The notes below the pieces were generated by a model, which saw only the letters and a list, made by a program, of their open reading frames with translations, had not been told where the DNA came from and did no database searches. This document shows positions 9,901 through 19,120 of a DNA stretch of 64,000 bases, one piece after another (position 1 is the stretch's first letter; the number at the start of each line of letters is the position of its first letter). The DNA is from Thermodesulfobacteriota bacterium (GTDB lineage: Bacteria; Desulfobacterota; Binatia; Bin18): assembly GCA_964291405.2 (NCBI GenBank), contig OZ219926.1:3872001-3936000 (forward strand), given 5' to 3'. The position numbers and the translations under genes are program-made.

Positions 9901-11341
9901 CGATAATGAAGCGGAAATTGCGACGAGATACGCGCTTCGGGAACTGAATGATTTTCCAGATTGGTTCCCGGCTCTTCTGCAAGCGAAGCCTGAACCGGTC
10001 AGAAAGATGTTTCGGGAAGAGATTGAGTGGGAATGCAAAGCATTTCCTCCCGATAGCGTCCCACTCTATATTCTGGAAAAACTGCGCAACACCAGACTGC
10101 AAATGGGCAATGATCTGCGGGATGACATTACTGATATTCTGACGACTAAGACGAATATCCTGGTCAAGCCGCTAGAGAATGCTTTGGCTATTGTCCTGAA
10201 AGATTCTACGCTGTTACCCAAAACATTTCGGGATACTGTAGCTCGTCAGGCAGAAGAAGTTTCTTCCGAACAGCAAAAAGTGCTGTGGTTGTCAGCACTA
10301 CTCTGTCTGGATGCCGAGCACGCCCTCGATATCATGGAACCCTGGGTGAACAGTGGGACCAAGTGGGACGGAGAATGTCGAACGTCTCTTATTATCAATC
10401 ATCTCTGGGGACGCGATGCCGGGAGCTTCAATAGCGAACAGTGCAGCTATGAGCAGCTTGGTTGTCTTTCGCGACTGCTGGAAATTGTCCATTCCCATAT
10501 TCGGCTAGAGGAAGATATTGATCATGACGGTGCGTATTCTCCTGACCTCAGGGATAAAGCTCAGGACGCTCGTAGGCACCTCCTTAACTTGCTCTGTAGC
10601 ATTCCGGGAAAACTCACACGCGACACTCTAATTCGACTCTCAGAGTCCTCTCCACTTGAAAATTTCAAAGACCACTTACTCAATCTGGCCGACAGCCGTG
10701 CCGAAGCCGATGCGGATTTCAGCGCGTGGACTCCAAAGCAAGTCGCTGAATTCGGACGTGACGCAGAGCGGAGCCCGGAAACACAGAAGGAGCTTTTTGA
10801 AATTGCTGTGTCCCGCCTTGATGATATTAAGTTTGGTTTTGAAGAGGGTGATGATAGTGAAGCCAGCCTCTGGAGAAAGGCGGAGGATGAGCTTGAGTTG
10901 CGGCGTGCTATCGCGAACCGCTTGATGCTCGTCTCACGTAACAGGTACACAACCGGGTCGGAGGAGGAATTCGCCGATAAGAGTCGTACCGACATCCGTC
11001 TCCATAATCCCAAGGTAGATACGCGGATACCTATCGAAATCAAAATTGCCGGAAAGTGGAGCGCAAACCAGTTGCGCAAGCGCATGGAGAAGCAACTTGT
11101 AGGTCAATATCTCCGTGAAGCCTGTTACGGCGTATTCTTGTTGGTTAATCGGGGTGCGGAGGGTGACAAGAAGTATTGGCGACACCCCAAGAAACTCAGT
11201 TTTTCCACGCTCGTTCAATGGCTGAAAGACGAGAGCAGGACACTGCTGAACGAGCATGTCCAAGATGTAGAGGTAATTGGAATCGATCTGACGCGAAGAA
11301 CCGAGAAGGCTACCCAGAAAGCAAAGGAAGCAGGAGCGTAG
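6974..11341 (+). CDS. Large STAND/NACHT-type NTPase with C-terminal PD-(D/E)xK nuclease (Avs2/AVAST-like anti-phage protein)
   Basis: Walker A ILAEAGSGKT, Walker B FFLDSVDE, winged-helix F-H-H-R-T-x-x-E-Y-L motif, long helical middle region, C-terminal RTDI...IPIEIK; lower GC than flanking genes. Confidence 0.75.
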   Translation: MGHMQGYIQLDRKFLEFDERLQAGESDDSLFAFDLSSKIGKSWSDILKNRCTVILAEAGSGKTTELRAQTERLRREGQSAFFCRLEILADESFEDALEADTSQDFPSWRDSDAHGYFFLDSVDEARLASPGAFETAVIHFAKVVRHYMHRSTVVISTRPNAWQAQADPDMLKRRLALPEEVKPASNDTRNYDLNNGGRLPTRGSKGAETTGMGKNSFVIMQMSPLNQSQIQIFAEAKGITDITAFMEAINRADADVFATRPADLPGLIDAWKKKEHLGNYSEVVLKNIELKLSEENPVHGPQAPLSQDRALEGARVLAAAVTLTTCTSILLPDDPIEETLREKCLDPKEVLPDWQSAEIRALLGRALFEEALYGSVRFHHRTAREYLTACWFKKLLSQQKNRRNIECLFFARPYGVLPEIVAPSLKPVVGWLAVWDPGICTRTLHTDPKVLLEYGDASALDIRTRETLLRDFASRYENRDDTPLSLHVREVRRLADHRLAGVIRDLLQKYRNHGDVRRLLLRIIREERIPDCGQLAHSLAIDPEMDVYTRSTAVRAVGLAGNPDEQKRLAEEILGQVSSLEQDIVGAAIETLWPNAFTDQDVLTILEKTPVPEQFGAAELKYAISQMPGRISDRSRVQNLLAAVLKLVSQPPWHQDEICRISKRYDWLVNLLWALVKRFNFLHGAPETVPGFLSAISLCARSHHYIRHYRGDMDDEIAQLLHGNAKIRHALFWYKYEQARQVEEEPITDYRFIYGFPRTSVLEKEDRDYYLQELRERSDPVERQIVMSVLFGVYNASKDVVLRERIRDAVSGAPDLVAEFNRLLTPSAPSEAYLEAQREISESLLQRQQQEIEDAQARQDWIERLKADPSMVGDLSLAAEGQVWNNTYGLLQEIEEKTHAGNRLTASQWELLIPEFGEIVAQRFRDFCRDFWRRYTPSVRSETAEGNQTIAPALIVGTSGLAMEANGDETWAAQLTDNEAEIATRYALRELNDFPDWFPALLQAKPEPVRKMFREEIEWECKAFPPDSVPLYILEKLRNTRLQMGNDLRDDITDILTTKTNILVKPLENALAIVLKDSTLLPKTFRDTVARQAEEVSSEQQKVLWLSALLCLDAEHALDIMEPWVNSGTKWDGECRTSLIINHLWGRDAGSFNSEQCSYEQLGCLSRLLEIVHSHIRLEEDIDHDGAYSPDLRDKAQDARRHLLNLLCSIPGKLTRDTLIRLSESSPLENFKDHLLNLADSRAEADADFSAWTPKQVAEFGRDAERSPETQKELFEIAVSRLDDIKFGFEEGDDSEASLWRKAEDELELRRAIANRLMLVSRNRYTTGSEEEFADKSRTDIRLHNPKVDTRIPIEIKIAGKWSANQLRKRMEKQLVGQYLREACYGVFLLVNRGAEGDKKYWRHPKKLSFSTLVQWLKDESRTLLNEHVQDVEVIGIDLTRRTEKATQKAKEAGA

Positions 11342-11346
11342 ACATT

Positions 11347-11518
11347 ATGCGGAAGGCTAAAATAGATTCCCCTGCGACAAAGGCCGACTTGGCTGTTTTG
11401 GAAGCCCTGCCGTGACGAAGACATTGATACGAGCGATATCCCGAAGGGTACAGACTGGAGCGATGCCGTCCGGGGGAAGTTTTATCGTCCAGTGAAAAAG
11501 AAAAATCGGTCGGATTAG
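11347..11518 (+). pseudogene. BrnA-type antitoxin remnant (frameshifted, C-terminus lost)
   Basis: MRKAK...LEALP* followed in the +1 frame by DEDIDTSDIP..TDWSDAVRGKFYRPVKK, typical of the BrnA N-terminal half. Confidence 0.7.
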
Positions 11519-11538
11519 CGTAGCGTAATCCGACCGAT
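11505..11538. repeat. REP-like palindrome (13-bp perfect stem)
   Basis: atcggtcggatta-gcgtagcg-taatccgaccgat. Confidence 0.85.
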
Positions 11539-11560
11539 ACGGTCCGTCCGAACATGTCGG

Positions 11561-11650
11561 GTGACGAGACAGTGTGAAAGTGAGAGGGGTGTTCTCATTG
11601 CTGCCGGAGAAATCAGAACAATAGAATTTTGGCCTTAGAATTTTGGCCTT
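11561..11650 (+). pseudogene. 3' fragment of a second DUF6338-like gene, with a 14-bp tandem duplication
   Basis: Translates to ...ESERGVLIAAGEIRTIEFWP*, aligning to GVYLNTRDIESLEMIP of the 1949-2557 protein; agaattttggcctt duplicated at 11623-11650. Confidence 0.55.
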
Positions 11651-11671
11651 ACAATCCTCAGGGGGAAACCA

Positions 11672-11836
11672 ATGCGCAAGAATAATACATCTGCGGCTCC
11701 GCGTCCGTCCAACAAACAGAAGAAAAACGGCCTTCGGGTCGATTTCTCTCGCGGCTATCAACCTGTGGCGACCGAGCAGTCTCCAAAAAAACCGCCCACC
11801 AATCCGCCAAATCAAGGCACCGCCGGAAAGAAATGA
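11672..11836 (+). CDS. Small Pro/Lys-rich peptide (54 aa), not in the ORF track
   Basis: RBS-like GGGGGA upstream; MRKNNTSAAPRPSNKQKKNGLRVDFSRGYQPVATEQSPKKPPTNPPNQGTAGKK*. Confidence 0.65.
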   Translation: MRKNNTSAAPRPSNKQKKNGLRVDFSRGYQPVATEQSPKKPPTNPPNQGTAGKK

Positions 11837-12002
11837 CCTCGTGGGCGGATTCTTGCTTGCTGCCTATCGCTGTCGGCTGTCGAGGCCTGGATACCGCCCC
11901 CAGCAATTTGACCGGTTTCGGTAAATCCCCTATATCCTTAGCAGGAATTGAGGCCCTCGCGGAGATAAGCTGAACGGCCTGTCTTCCAAGAGGTGAGACA
12001 AC

Positions 12003-13217
12003 ATGGAATTCCCACGTATTAAACGGCTTCCGCCCTACCTCTTTGCCACCCTGGACAAGATGAAAATGGAGGCACGCTGGGCGGGGGAGGATATTATTGA
12101 TTTTGGGATGGGCAATCCCGACCACCCTTCTCCGCAACACGTTGTGGAGAAGTTGGTTGAGGCCGCGGCCAAGCCACAGAATCACCGTTATTCAACCTCA
12201 CGGGGGCTCTATAAGCTGCGTCTGGCGATTTGCGACTGGTATAAACGCCGCTTTGAAGTGGAGCTCGATCCCGATTCCGAATCCATTGTGACCATTGGGT
12301 CGAAAGAGGGCCTCTCCCATCTGGCGCTGTCGATTCTCGGTCCGGGTGATGTGGCCATCTGCCCGAGTCCGACCTATCCCATTCACCAGTATTCAATTGT
12401 GATGGCCAACGCCGATTTGCGGGTCGTTCCGCTCCGACCGGGGGAAGATTTCTTTACCTCGCTTCAGGAAACGGTCCAGCAGTGTTGGCCGCGGCCCAAG
12501 GTCCTGCTGCTGTGTTTTCCGCATAATCCGACAACGGCTGTTGTAGACCTTGAATTTTTTACGCGCGTCGTAGAATTCGCCCACGAGCATAAGTTGTTTG
12601 TCATTCACGACTTTGCCTACGCCGACCTCTTTTTTGACGGCTATACACCGCCGAGTTTCCTCCAGGTGCCTGGCGCAAAAGAGATCGGCGTCGAGTTTTT
12701 TACCCTGTCGAAATCCTACGATATGCCGGGTTGGCGGGTGGGCTTTGCCTGCGGTAATCCAGAGGCGATCATGGCCCTGGGTCGGCTCAAAAGCTATTTT
12801 GACTACGGTATTTTCCAGCCTATTCAAATCGCCGCGATTCATGCTCTGAACGGTCCCCAGGACTGCGTGGAAGACATGCGCCGGCGCTATCGTCTCCGCC
12901 GCGATGTCCTGATTGACGGCTTGGAGCGGATAGGCTGGCATATCCCCAAACCCAAAGGCACGATGTTCGTCTGGGCGCAAATCCCGGAGCCCCTGCGGGC
13001 CATGGGCTCCATGGCTTTTGCGGAATTTCTCCTGACGGAAGCCAAAGTCGCGGTATCCCCAGGGGTCGGTTTTGGGCCGTATGGAGAAGACTACGTCCGC
13101 TTTGCCTTGATTGAGAATGAGCATCGGACCCGGCAGGCCGTTCGCGGTATCCGTAAAGCCTTTGGCGGTGCCAGCGCTCCGGCCGAGCCGGCGGATAAAA
13201 AGCTTCGGGCGGTATAA
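12003..13217 (+). CDS. alaC: PLP-dependent class I/II aminotransferase (AlaC-like)
   Basis: [38 protein letters not shown]. Confidence 0.85.
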   Translation: MEFPRIKRLPPYLFATLDKMKMEARWAGEDIIDFGMGNPDHPSPQHVVEKLVEAAAKPQNHRYSTSRGLYKLRLAICDWYKRRFEVELDPDSESIVTIGSKEGLSHLALSILGPGDVAICPSPTYPIHQYSIVMANADLRVVPLRPGEDFFTSLQETVQQCWPRPKVLLLCFPHNPTTAVVDLEFFTRVVEFAHEHKLFVIHDFAYADLFFDGYTPPSFLQVPGAKEIGVEFFTLSKSYDMPGWRVGFACGNPEAIMALGRLKSYFDYGIFQPIQIAAIHALNGPQDCVEDMRRRYRLRRDVLIDGLERIGWHIPKPKGTMFVWAQIPEPLRAMGSMAFAEFLLTEAKVAVSPGVGFGPYGEDYVRFALIENEHRTRQAVRGIRKAFGGASAPAEPADKKLRAV

Positions 13218-14533
13218 TGGCGGGGGAGGGGGTCAAACTCGGGCTTATCGGGTTGGGCACGGTCGGTTCCGGGGTGGTCCAACTCCTGGACCGGCAGCGC
13301 GAGGCGTTTGCTCGAAAAATAGGCGCACCCCTGCAACTCGTCCACGTTGCGAGTCGGAGCATAGACACAAAGCCGCACCCGCCTCTTCCCGGTGTGCGTT
13401 TATCGGCCGACCCGTGGAGCGTCGTGCAGGATGCCGAGGTCGATATTGTTTTGGAACTCATTGGTGGAACCGACCCCGCCCGCTCCCTCGTTTTGGAAGT
13501 GATGGCGCGGGGCAAATCCGTTGTGACGGCAAATAAAGCCCTGCTAGCTCTCCACGGCGATGAGATTTTTGCCGCAGCGGAAGCGCACGGGATCCGCTTG
13601 GGGTTTGAAGCCAGCGTGGCCGGCGGCATCCCGGTTATTCGGACGCTGCGGGAAGGTTTTGTCGCGGACCGCAACAAGGCGCTGTTCGGGATTGTGAACG
13701 GAACCTGTAATTACATTCTGGCGACGATGAGCGAGGACGGCGCCGAGTTTGCTCCCGTCCTCCGCAGAGCCCAGGAGTTGGGCTTGGCGGAAGCCGACCC
13801 CCGTATGGATGTCGATGGCATTGACGCTGCTCAGAAGCTGACGCTGCTCATCATGCTCGCCTTTGGCGTGCGGGTGCCGGTCGATGCCGTGTATACCGAA
13901 GGGATTCGGCAGCTCGACCAGATCGACATTGCCTTTGCGCGCGAGTTCGGCTATGCGATCAAGCTGTTGGCGATTGCCAAGGAAGAGTCCGGCGTGCTGG
14001 AAGCCCGAGTCCATCCGACTATGATCCCGCAGGACAGTCTGCTGGCGGGTGTGGGTGGCGCGTATAATGCCATCTTTACGCAGGGGGAAGCCCTCGGCTC
14101 TTCGCTCCAATTCGGACAAGGCGCGGGCAGCTTGCCGACTGCGGCGGCGGTCTTGTCTGACGTGGTTGATAGCGCGCGGGCGCAGACGAAGCAGCAACAG
14201 CCCCGGCCACCGCTCGGTTGTGCCTGGACGGAGCTGAAGCCGGCCGCTGTCCGGCCCATGGATGAACTGGTGAGTGAGTATTATCTGCGTTTCATGGCCG
14301 TCGACCGTCCTGGGGTGCTCACCCAGATCAGCGGGATTCTAGGCGACCAGGACATCAGCATTGCCTCGGTGATTCAGCGTGGACGGAGCGACGGTGATAA
14401 TACCGTGCCCTTGGTCATGCGGACGCATGCCGCGACGGAACGGAATTTGAAGACGGCGATGACATTAGTGGACCAATTGCCCATCGTGCAGGGCAAGTCC
14501 GTATATGTCCGTGTTGAGGAGAGCCTTGGCTAA
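13217..14533 (+). CDS. hom: Homoserine dehydrogenase with C-terminal ACT domain
   Basis: GLGTVG, VTANK, FEASVAGGIP, NGTCNYIL, EADP..DVDG.DAAQK, DRPGVL. Confidence 0.95.
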   Translation: MAGEGVKLGLIGLGTVGSGVVQLLDRQREAFARKIGAPLQLVHVASRSIDTKPHPPLPGVRLSADPWSVVQDAEVDIVLELIGGTDPARSLVLEVMARGKSVVTANKALLALHGDEIFAAAEAHGIRLGFEASVAGGIPVIRTLREGFVADRNKALFGIVNGTCNYILATMSEDGAEFAPVLRRAQELGLAEADPRMDVDGIDAAQKLTLLIMLAFGVRVPVDAVYTEGIRQLDQIDIAFAREFGYAIKLLAIAKEESGVLEARVHPTMIPQDSLLAGVGGAYNAIFTQGEALGSSLQFGQGAGSLPTAAAVLSDVVDSARAQTKQQQPRPPLGCAWTELKPAAVRPMDELVSEYYLRFMAVDRPGVLTQISGILGDQDISIASVIQRGRSDGDNTVPLVMRTHAATERNLKTAMTLVDQLPIVQGKSVYVRVEESLG

Positions 14534-14572
14534 CGCAGCAGTCCTGATGGAAAGAGTCGGTCAGAGACAGGT

Positions 14573-15994
14573 ATGACACACAGTGCGATGATAGATGCCC
14601 CTGCTCCTCCGCTGACGGCTCCGAACCCCTCGCCGTTTCGGGCCTGGTTTGGCTGTGCGGCCGGCTGCCCTGGTGAACATCCGCTCAACGAGATCCTGTA
14701 CTACTGCCCGACCTGCGGTGGGCTGCTGGACGTACAGCACGACATCGCCGCTCTCAAGACGCGAACGCCCCAAGAATGGCGACATTTGTTCGATGAGCGC
14801 TATCGACGCACACTCTACCCCTATGGCAGTGGGGTGTGGGGCAAAAAAGAAATGGTCTGTCCGGCTATTGACGATGCGAACATCGTTTCCACCTATGAGG
14901 GCGGCACCAATCTGTTCTGGGCCGAGCGACTCGGACGCCACATCGGTGTTGATGATCTATGGGTCAAACAGTGCGGCAACTCCCACACCGGGTCATTCAA
15001 GGACCTGGGCATGACCGTGCTCGTCTCTATGGTGAAGCAGATGATTGCCGACGGCGTGTCTATCCCTGCGGTTGCGTGCGCCTCAACCGGCGATACGTCG
15101 GCGGCCCTGGCTGCCTACTGCGCCGCGGCCGGCATCCCGGCTATTGTGATTCTGCCCCGTAATCGGGTGTCTACGGCGCAACTTATTCAGCCCATGGCAA
15201 ACGGGGCGCTGACCTTGTCGCTCGATACCGATTTTGATGGCTGTATGCGGGTCGTGCGCGAGCTGTGTACTAAGGAAAACATCTATCTGGCCAATTCGAT
15301 GAACAGCCTCCGGCTTGAGGGCCAGAAGACTATCTCGATTGAGATCGTTCAGCAGTTTGACTGGGAAGTCCCCGATGTGGTGATCGTCCCCGGCGGAAAT
15401 CTGGGTAACGTTACGGCAATCGGACGGGGCTTCCTGCTCATGCAGGAACTTAGGCTGATTGATCGCCTGCCCCGTCTGGTCTGTGCCCAGGCCGAACGCG
15501 CCAATCCGTTGTACAAGAGTTTTACCGCCGGCTTTGAAAAATATCGTCCAGTCAAAGCCAAAAAAACTCTGGCGTCAGCCATTCAGATCGGGAACCCGGT
15601 CAGTGTGCATAAGGCCATTCGGGTTCTCCAGACCTTCGATAGTATTGTTGAACAGGCCAGCGAGGAAGAGTTGGCCGAAGCGTCGGCCCTGGCAGATTTG
15701 ACCGGCCTGTTCAACTGTCCGCACACCGGGGTGGCGCTCGCCGTGCTGTTGAAACTGGCGCGCAGTGGGCAGATACGGTCACACGAACGGGTCGTGGTGA
15801 TATCCACTGCCCATGGGCTTAAGTTTACCGACTTTAAACGGCGTTACCATGAAGGGCGGTTGCGTGGGGTGGCCGCGCATTCCGCCAACAGGCCGATTGA
15901 ATCACCGGCCGATTATCACAGTGCCCGGGCCGCGATTTTCGGCGCGCTTGAGCGCAGGCAGGTATCTCCTGTTCACGGATTCCTAGATGGGTGA
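14573..15994 (+). CDS. thrC: Threonine synthase
   Basis: [33 protein letters not shown]; follows hom. Confidence 0.93.
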   Translation: MTHSAMIDAPAPPLTAPNPSPFRAWFGCAAGCPGEHPLNEILYYCPTCGGLLDVQHDIAALKTRTPQEWRHLFDERYRRTLYPYGSGVWGKKEMVCPAIDDANIVSTYEGGTNLFWAERLGRHIGVDDLWVKQCGNSHTGSFKDLGMTVLVSMVKQMIADGVSIPAVACASTGDTSAALAAYCAAAGIPAIVILPRNRVSTAQLIQPMANGALTLSLDTDFDGCMRVVRELCTKENIYLANSMNSLRLEGQKTISIEIVQQFDWEVPDVVIVPGGNLGNVTAIGRGFLLMQELRLIDRLPRLVCAQAERANPLYKSFTAGFEKYRPVKAKKTLASAIQIGNPVSVHKAIRVLQTFDSIVEQASEEELAEASALADLTGLFNCPHTGVALAVLLKLARSGQIRSHERVVVISTAHGLKFTDFKRRYHEGRLRGVAAHSANRPIESPADYHSARAAIFGALERRQVSPVHGFLDG

Positions 15995-15999
15995 GAGGT

Positions 16000-17223
16000 A
16001 TGAAATACATCGTTCTTCAAGGTGATGGTATGGCGGACTGGCCGGTCGATGAACTCGGCGGGAAAACGCCTCTTGAGTACGCGCGGACGCCGCATATGGA
16101 CCATATTGCCTCTCACGGCATCTTTGGCCTCACCCAGACGATTCCCGAGGGCTATCCCTCGGGCAGCGATGTCGGAACCATGAGTCTGCTCGGCTATGAC
16201 CCGCGGCAATACCACACCGGCCGCTCGCCCATCGAAGCGGCCAGTATGGGGGTGGACTTGGGGCCGGAAGATATTGCGTTTCGGTGCAATCTGGTGACCC
16301 TGGGCCGTACAGCCGACGGAACCGAAACCATGCTTGACTTTGCGGCCGACCACATCCCCAGCGCTGATGCGGCCGAGTTGATTGGGACGCTTCAGCACGA
16401 GTTGGGCAGCGATGAGTTTTCCTTCTATCCTGGCGTGAGTTATCGGCACCTGCTGGTCTGGCACGGCGGCAAGGAAAAGATGGACACCACGCCACCGCAC
16501 GATATTACCGGTCAACCCGTCCAGAAGCACTGGCCTCAGGGAGATGGCAGCGAGCAACTGTGCTCGCTGATGCAGCGTGCCCGGGAGATCTGTGCCGAGC
16601 ATCCCGTCAATGCCAAGCGCCAGGCCGAGGGGCACAAGCCGGCCTCTTCGATCTGGCTGTGGGGGCAGGGCCGCCGTCCCGCCGTGCCGACGATTGACGA
16701 ACGCTTTGGTCTGAGTGGTTCGGTCATTTCCGCGGTTGATCTGGTCCGCGGTATCGGCGTTCTGGCCGGACTTGAGGTGATCCTGGTGCCCGGCGCGACC
16801 GGCTTTCTTGATACGAATTATCTCGGCAAAGCCGAATATGGTCTGGCCGCCCTGCGTGACAAAGATTTTCTCTTCCTGCACGTTGAGGCAACGGACGAAG
16901 CCGGTCATATGGGCGCGGCCGATAAAAAGGTCCAGGCGCTTGAGGATTTTGATGAGAAGGTCGTTGGGACTATCTTAGATGGTCTGGCCGCTTTCCCTGA
17001 GTGGACCATCCTGCTGATGCCCGACCACGCCACGCCCGTTGCGATCAAGACCCATTCGTCCGACCCCGTGCCGTTTGCCGTGCTCTCGTCCCATGACCGG
17101 CCGCCAGCGTCGCCAGCGGTGGGTTATAACGAGCCGTGTGCCAAAGCGACGAAGGTGTTTGTGGCTGAGGCCTGGCGTTTGATGGAGCACGTGATTCGCG
17201 GACAGGTGCGGGCCTTGGTATAG
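16000..17223 (+). CDS. apgM: Cofactor-independent phosphoglycerate mutase family protein (ApgM-like; proposed homoserine kinase subfamily)
   Basis: GDGMAD, KTPLE, GSDV, YRHL, TPPHDI, HVEATDEAGH, PDHATP. Confidence 0.85.
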   Translation: MKYIVLQGDGMADWPVDELGGKTPLEYARTPHMDHIASHGIFGLTQTIPEGYPSGSDVGTMSLLGYDPRQYHTGRSPIEAASMGVDLGPEDIAFRCNLVTLGRTADGTETMLDFAADHIPSADAAELIGTLQHELGSDEFSFYPGVSYRHLLVWHGGKEKMDTTPPHDITGQPVQKHWPQGDGSEQLCSLMQRAREICAEHPVNAKRQAEGHKPASSIWLWGQGRRPAVPTIDERFGLSGSVISAVDLVRGIGVLAGLEVILVPGATGFLDTNYLGKAEYGLAALRDKDFLFLHVEATDEAGHMGAADKKVQALEDFDEKVVGTILDGLAAFPEWTILLMPDHATPVAIKTHSSDPVPFAVLSSHDRPPASPAVGYNEPCAKATKVFVAEAWRLMEHVIRGQVRALV

Positions 17224-17255
17224 GTGGAACTCGGGAGAAACACAAGAGATTCGGC

Positions 17256-18212
17256 ATGGATCGGAACCTCGCGCTTGAGTTCGTTCGGGTGACAGAAGCC
17301 GCGGCTTTAGCCGCAGCGGCCCACATGGGGCGGGGAGATGAAGCGGTTGCCGACGCTGCTGCTGTGGGGGCTATGCACCGGCTGTTCCCTGATATCGAGT
17401 TCAGGGGTCACCTCGTTCTCGGCGAGGGAGATGAAGACTCGGTGCCCATGCTGTACGTCGACGAAATGCTCGGGACGGGGGCGGGCCCTGCCATTGAGGT
17501 CGCGGTCGATGCGCTTGAAGGGGCAACCACCTGTGCGCTCGGCGCGCCGAATGCGATTGTAGCCATTGCCGTTGCTGAAGAGGGCGGGTTTCTGCGTTGT
17601 CCTGCGGATGTGTACATGGAGAAGATGGCGGTCGGACCCTGGGGCCGGGGGGTGATTGATCTGGATAAATCGATGGGTGACAATCTTGCCGCCCTCGCAG
17701 CAGTGAAAGGGGTCAAACCGCAAAACCTGCGCGTGGTCATGCTTGACCGGCCGCGTCATACCAAGTTGCTGCACGAACTGCGTGATATCGACGTCCATGT
17801 CACCCTGATCAGCGACGGTGACCTGTCGGCGGCCTTAGCCACCACGCGGGAGGAGTCCGGGATTGACCTGTTGGTTGGGACGGGACGTGCCGCACAGGGT
17901 ATTCTCGCGGCGGCGGCCCTGCGGTGTTTGGGCGGGGAGATTCAGGCACGTTTCCAGCCGGGGAATGCGGCAGAATTTGAACAACTGCGTGAAAGTGGAG
18001 TGGACGATATTCGGAAAAAGTATACGGCCGAAGAACTCGCCCGAGGTAGCGTGGTCTTTGCCGCAACCGGGGTGACCACCGGGAACTATCTGCACGGGGT
18101 ACGGTTTTTTCCTGGGGGGGGCGAGTCGCATTCCGTGGTGATGCGCTCAAAGAGCCGGACCATCCGCTTTCTCAATACGTTTCACTACTTTGAGGAGCAG
18201 CCGGAGTATTAA
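17256..18212 (+). CDS. glpX: Class II fructose-1,6-bisphosphatase family protein (divergent active site)
   Basis: RVTEAAA, GEG, YMEK, LDRPRH, DGD and FAATGVT motifs. Confidence 0.85.
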   Translation: MDRNLALEFVRVTEAAALAAAAHMGRGDEAVADAAAVGAMHRLFPDIEFRGHLVLGEGDEDSVPMLYVDEMLGTGAGPAIEVAVDALEGATTCALGAPNAIVAIAVAEEGGFLRCPADVYMEKMAVGPWGRGVIDLDKSMGDNLAALAAVKGVKPQNLRVVMLDRPRHTKLLHELRDIDVHVTLISDGDLSAALATTREESGIDLLVGTGRAAQGILAAAALRCLGGEIQARFQPGNAAEFEQLRESGVDDIRKKYTAEELARGSVVFAATGVTTGNYLHGVRFFPGGGESHSVVMRSKSRTIRFLNTFHYFEEQPEY

Positions 18213-18213
18213 T

Positions 18214-18996
18214 ATGATGTATGAAAATATCGTATTTGAAAAAGAAGGGGCGATTGGCGTTCTGCTGATCAATCGCCCCAAGAGCCTGAATGCGCTGAAT
18301 CCCGCTACCCTGAATGAGATTGCTGACTGCCTGGACGCGGTACAGCAGGACACCGGGCTGCGTTGCCTTGTGATGACCGGTGCGGGCGACCGGGCTTTTG
18401 TTGCCGGGGCGGATATATCGGCAATGGTGTCGATGTCTCCCCTAGAGGGAAAAGCCTTTGCGGCCCTGGGACTCCGCGTGGCGCGGACGCTTGAGGAAAT
18501 GCCCATTCCCGTGATTGCCGCGATCAACGGCTTTGCCCTGGGCGGCGGCATAGAACTCGCCCTGGCCTGTGATATGATTATTGCCGTGGATACGGCCAAG
18601 TTCGGTCAGCCCGAAATCAATCTCGGGGTCATTCCTGGCTTTGGCGGCACCCAGCGCTTAGCGCGTCGAATTGGGCTACCGCTGGCCCGAGAACTGATCT
18701 ACTCTGGCGATATGATCGATGCCGAGGCAGCGGTCCGCTACGGCTTAGCCAATCGCGTCGTGCCTGCGGCCGAGTGTGTGAGTGAGGCCAAAGCCCTCGC
18801 CCATAAGCTGGCCACCAAGCCGCCCATCGCCATTCAGCAGGCAAAGGCGGCCATCAATGCCGGTATTGATATGGATATTGTCAATGGCTGTCGTTTTGAA
18901 ACCGAGGCCTTTGGGCTGACGTTTGCGACACAGGACAAGGCCGAAGGGATGGCGGCGTTTCTTGAAAAACGAGCGGCGAAGTTTTCTGGGAAATAA
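18214..18996 (+). CDS. Enoyl-CoA hydratase (crotonase)
   Basis: AFVAGADI, GFALGGGIELALACD, QPEINLGVIPGFGGTQRL. Confidence 0.92.
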   Translation: MMYENIVFEKEGAIGVLLINRPKSLNALNPATLNEIADCLDAVQQDTGLRCLVMTGAGDRAFVAGADISAMVSMSPLEGKAFAALGLRVARTLEEMPIPVIAAINGFALGGGIELALACDMIIAVDTAKFGQPEINLGVIPGFGGTQRLARRIGLPLARELIYSGDMIDAEAAVRYGLANRVVPAAECVSEAKALAHKLATKPPIAIQQAKAAINAGIDMDIVNGCRFETEAFGLTFATQDKAEGMAAFLEKRAAKFSGK

Positions 18997-19120
18997 GACG
19001 AGCGTGCCCCTATTCCGGGCGTGTTCGTCATGCTATGTAGCGTAAAATTCATTGCTCTCAAAAGGACTTGGGACATAAAGCGAATACGCTGGAGAGACAC
19101 TTGATTCTCTCGGAGGAAGC

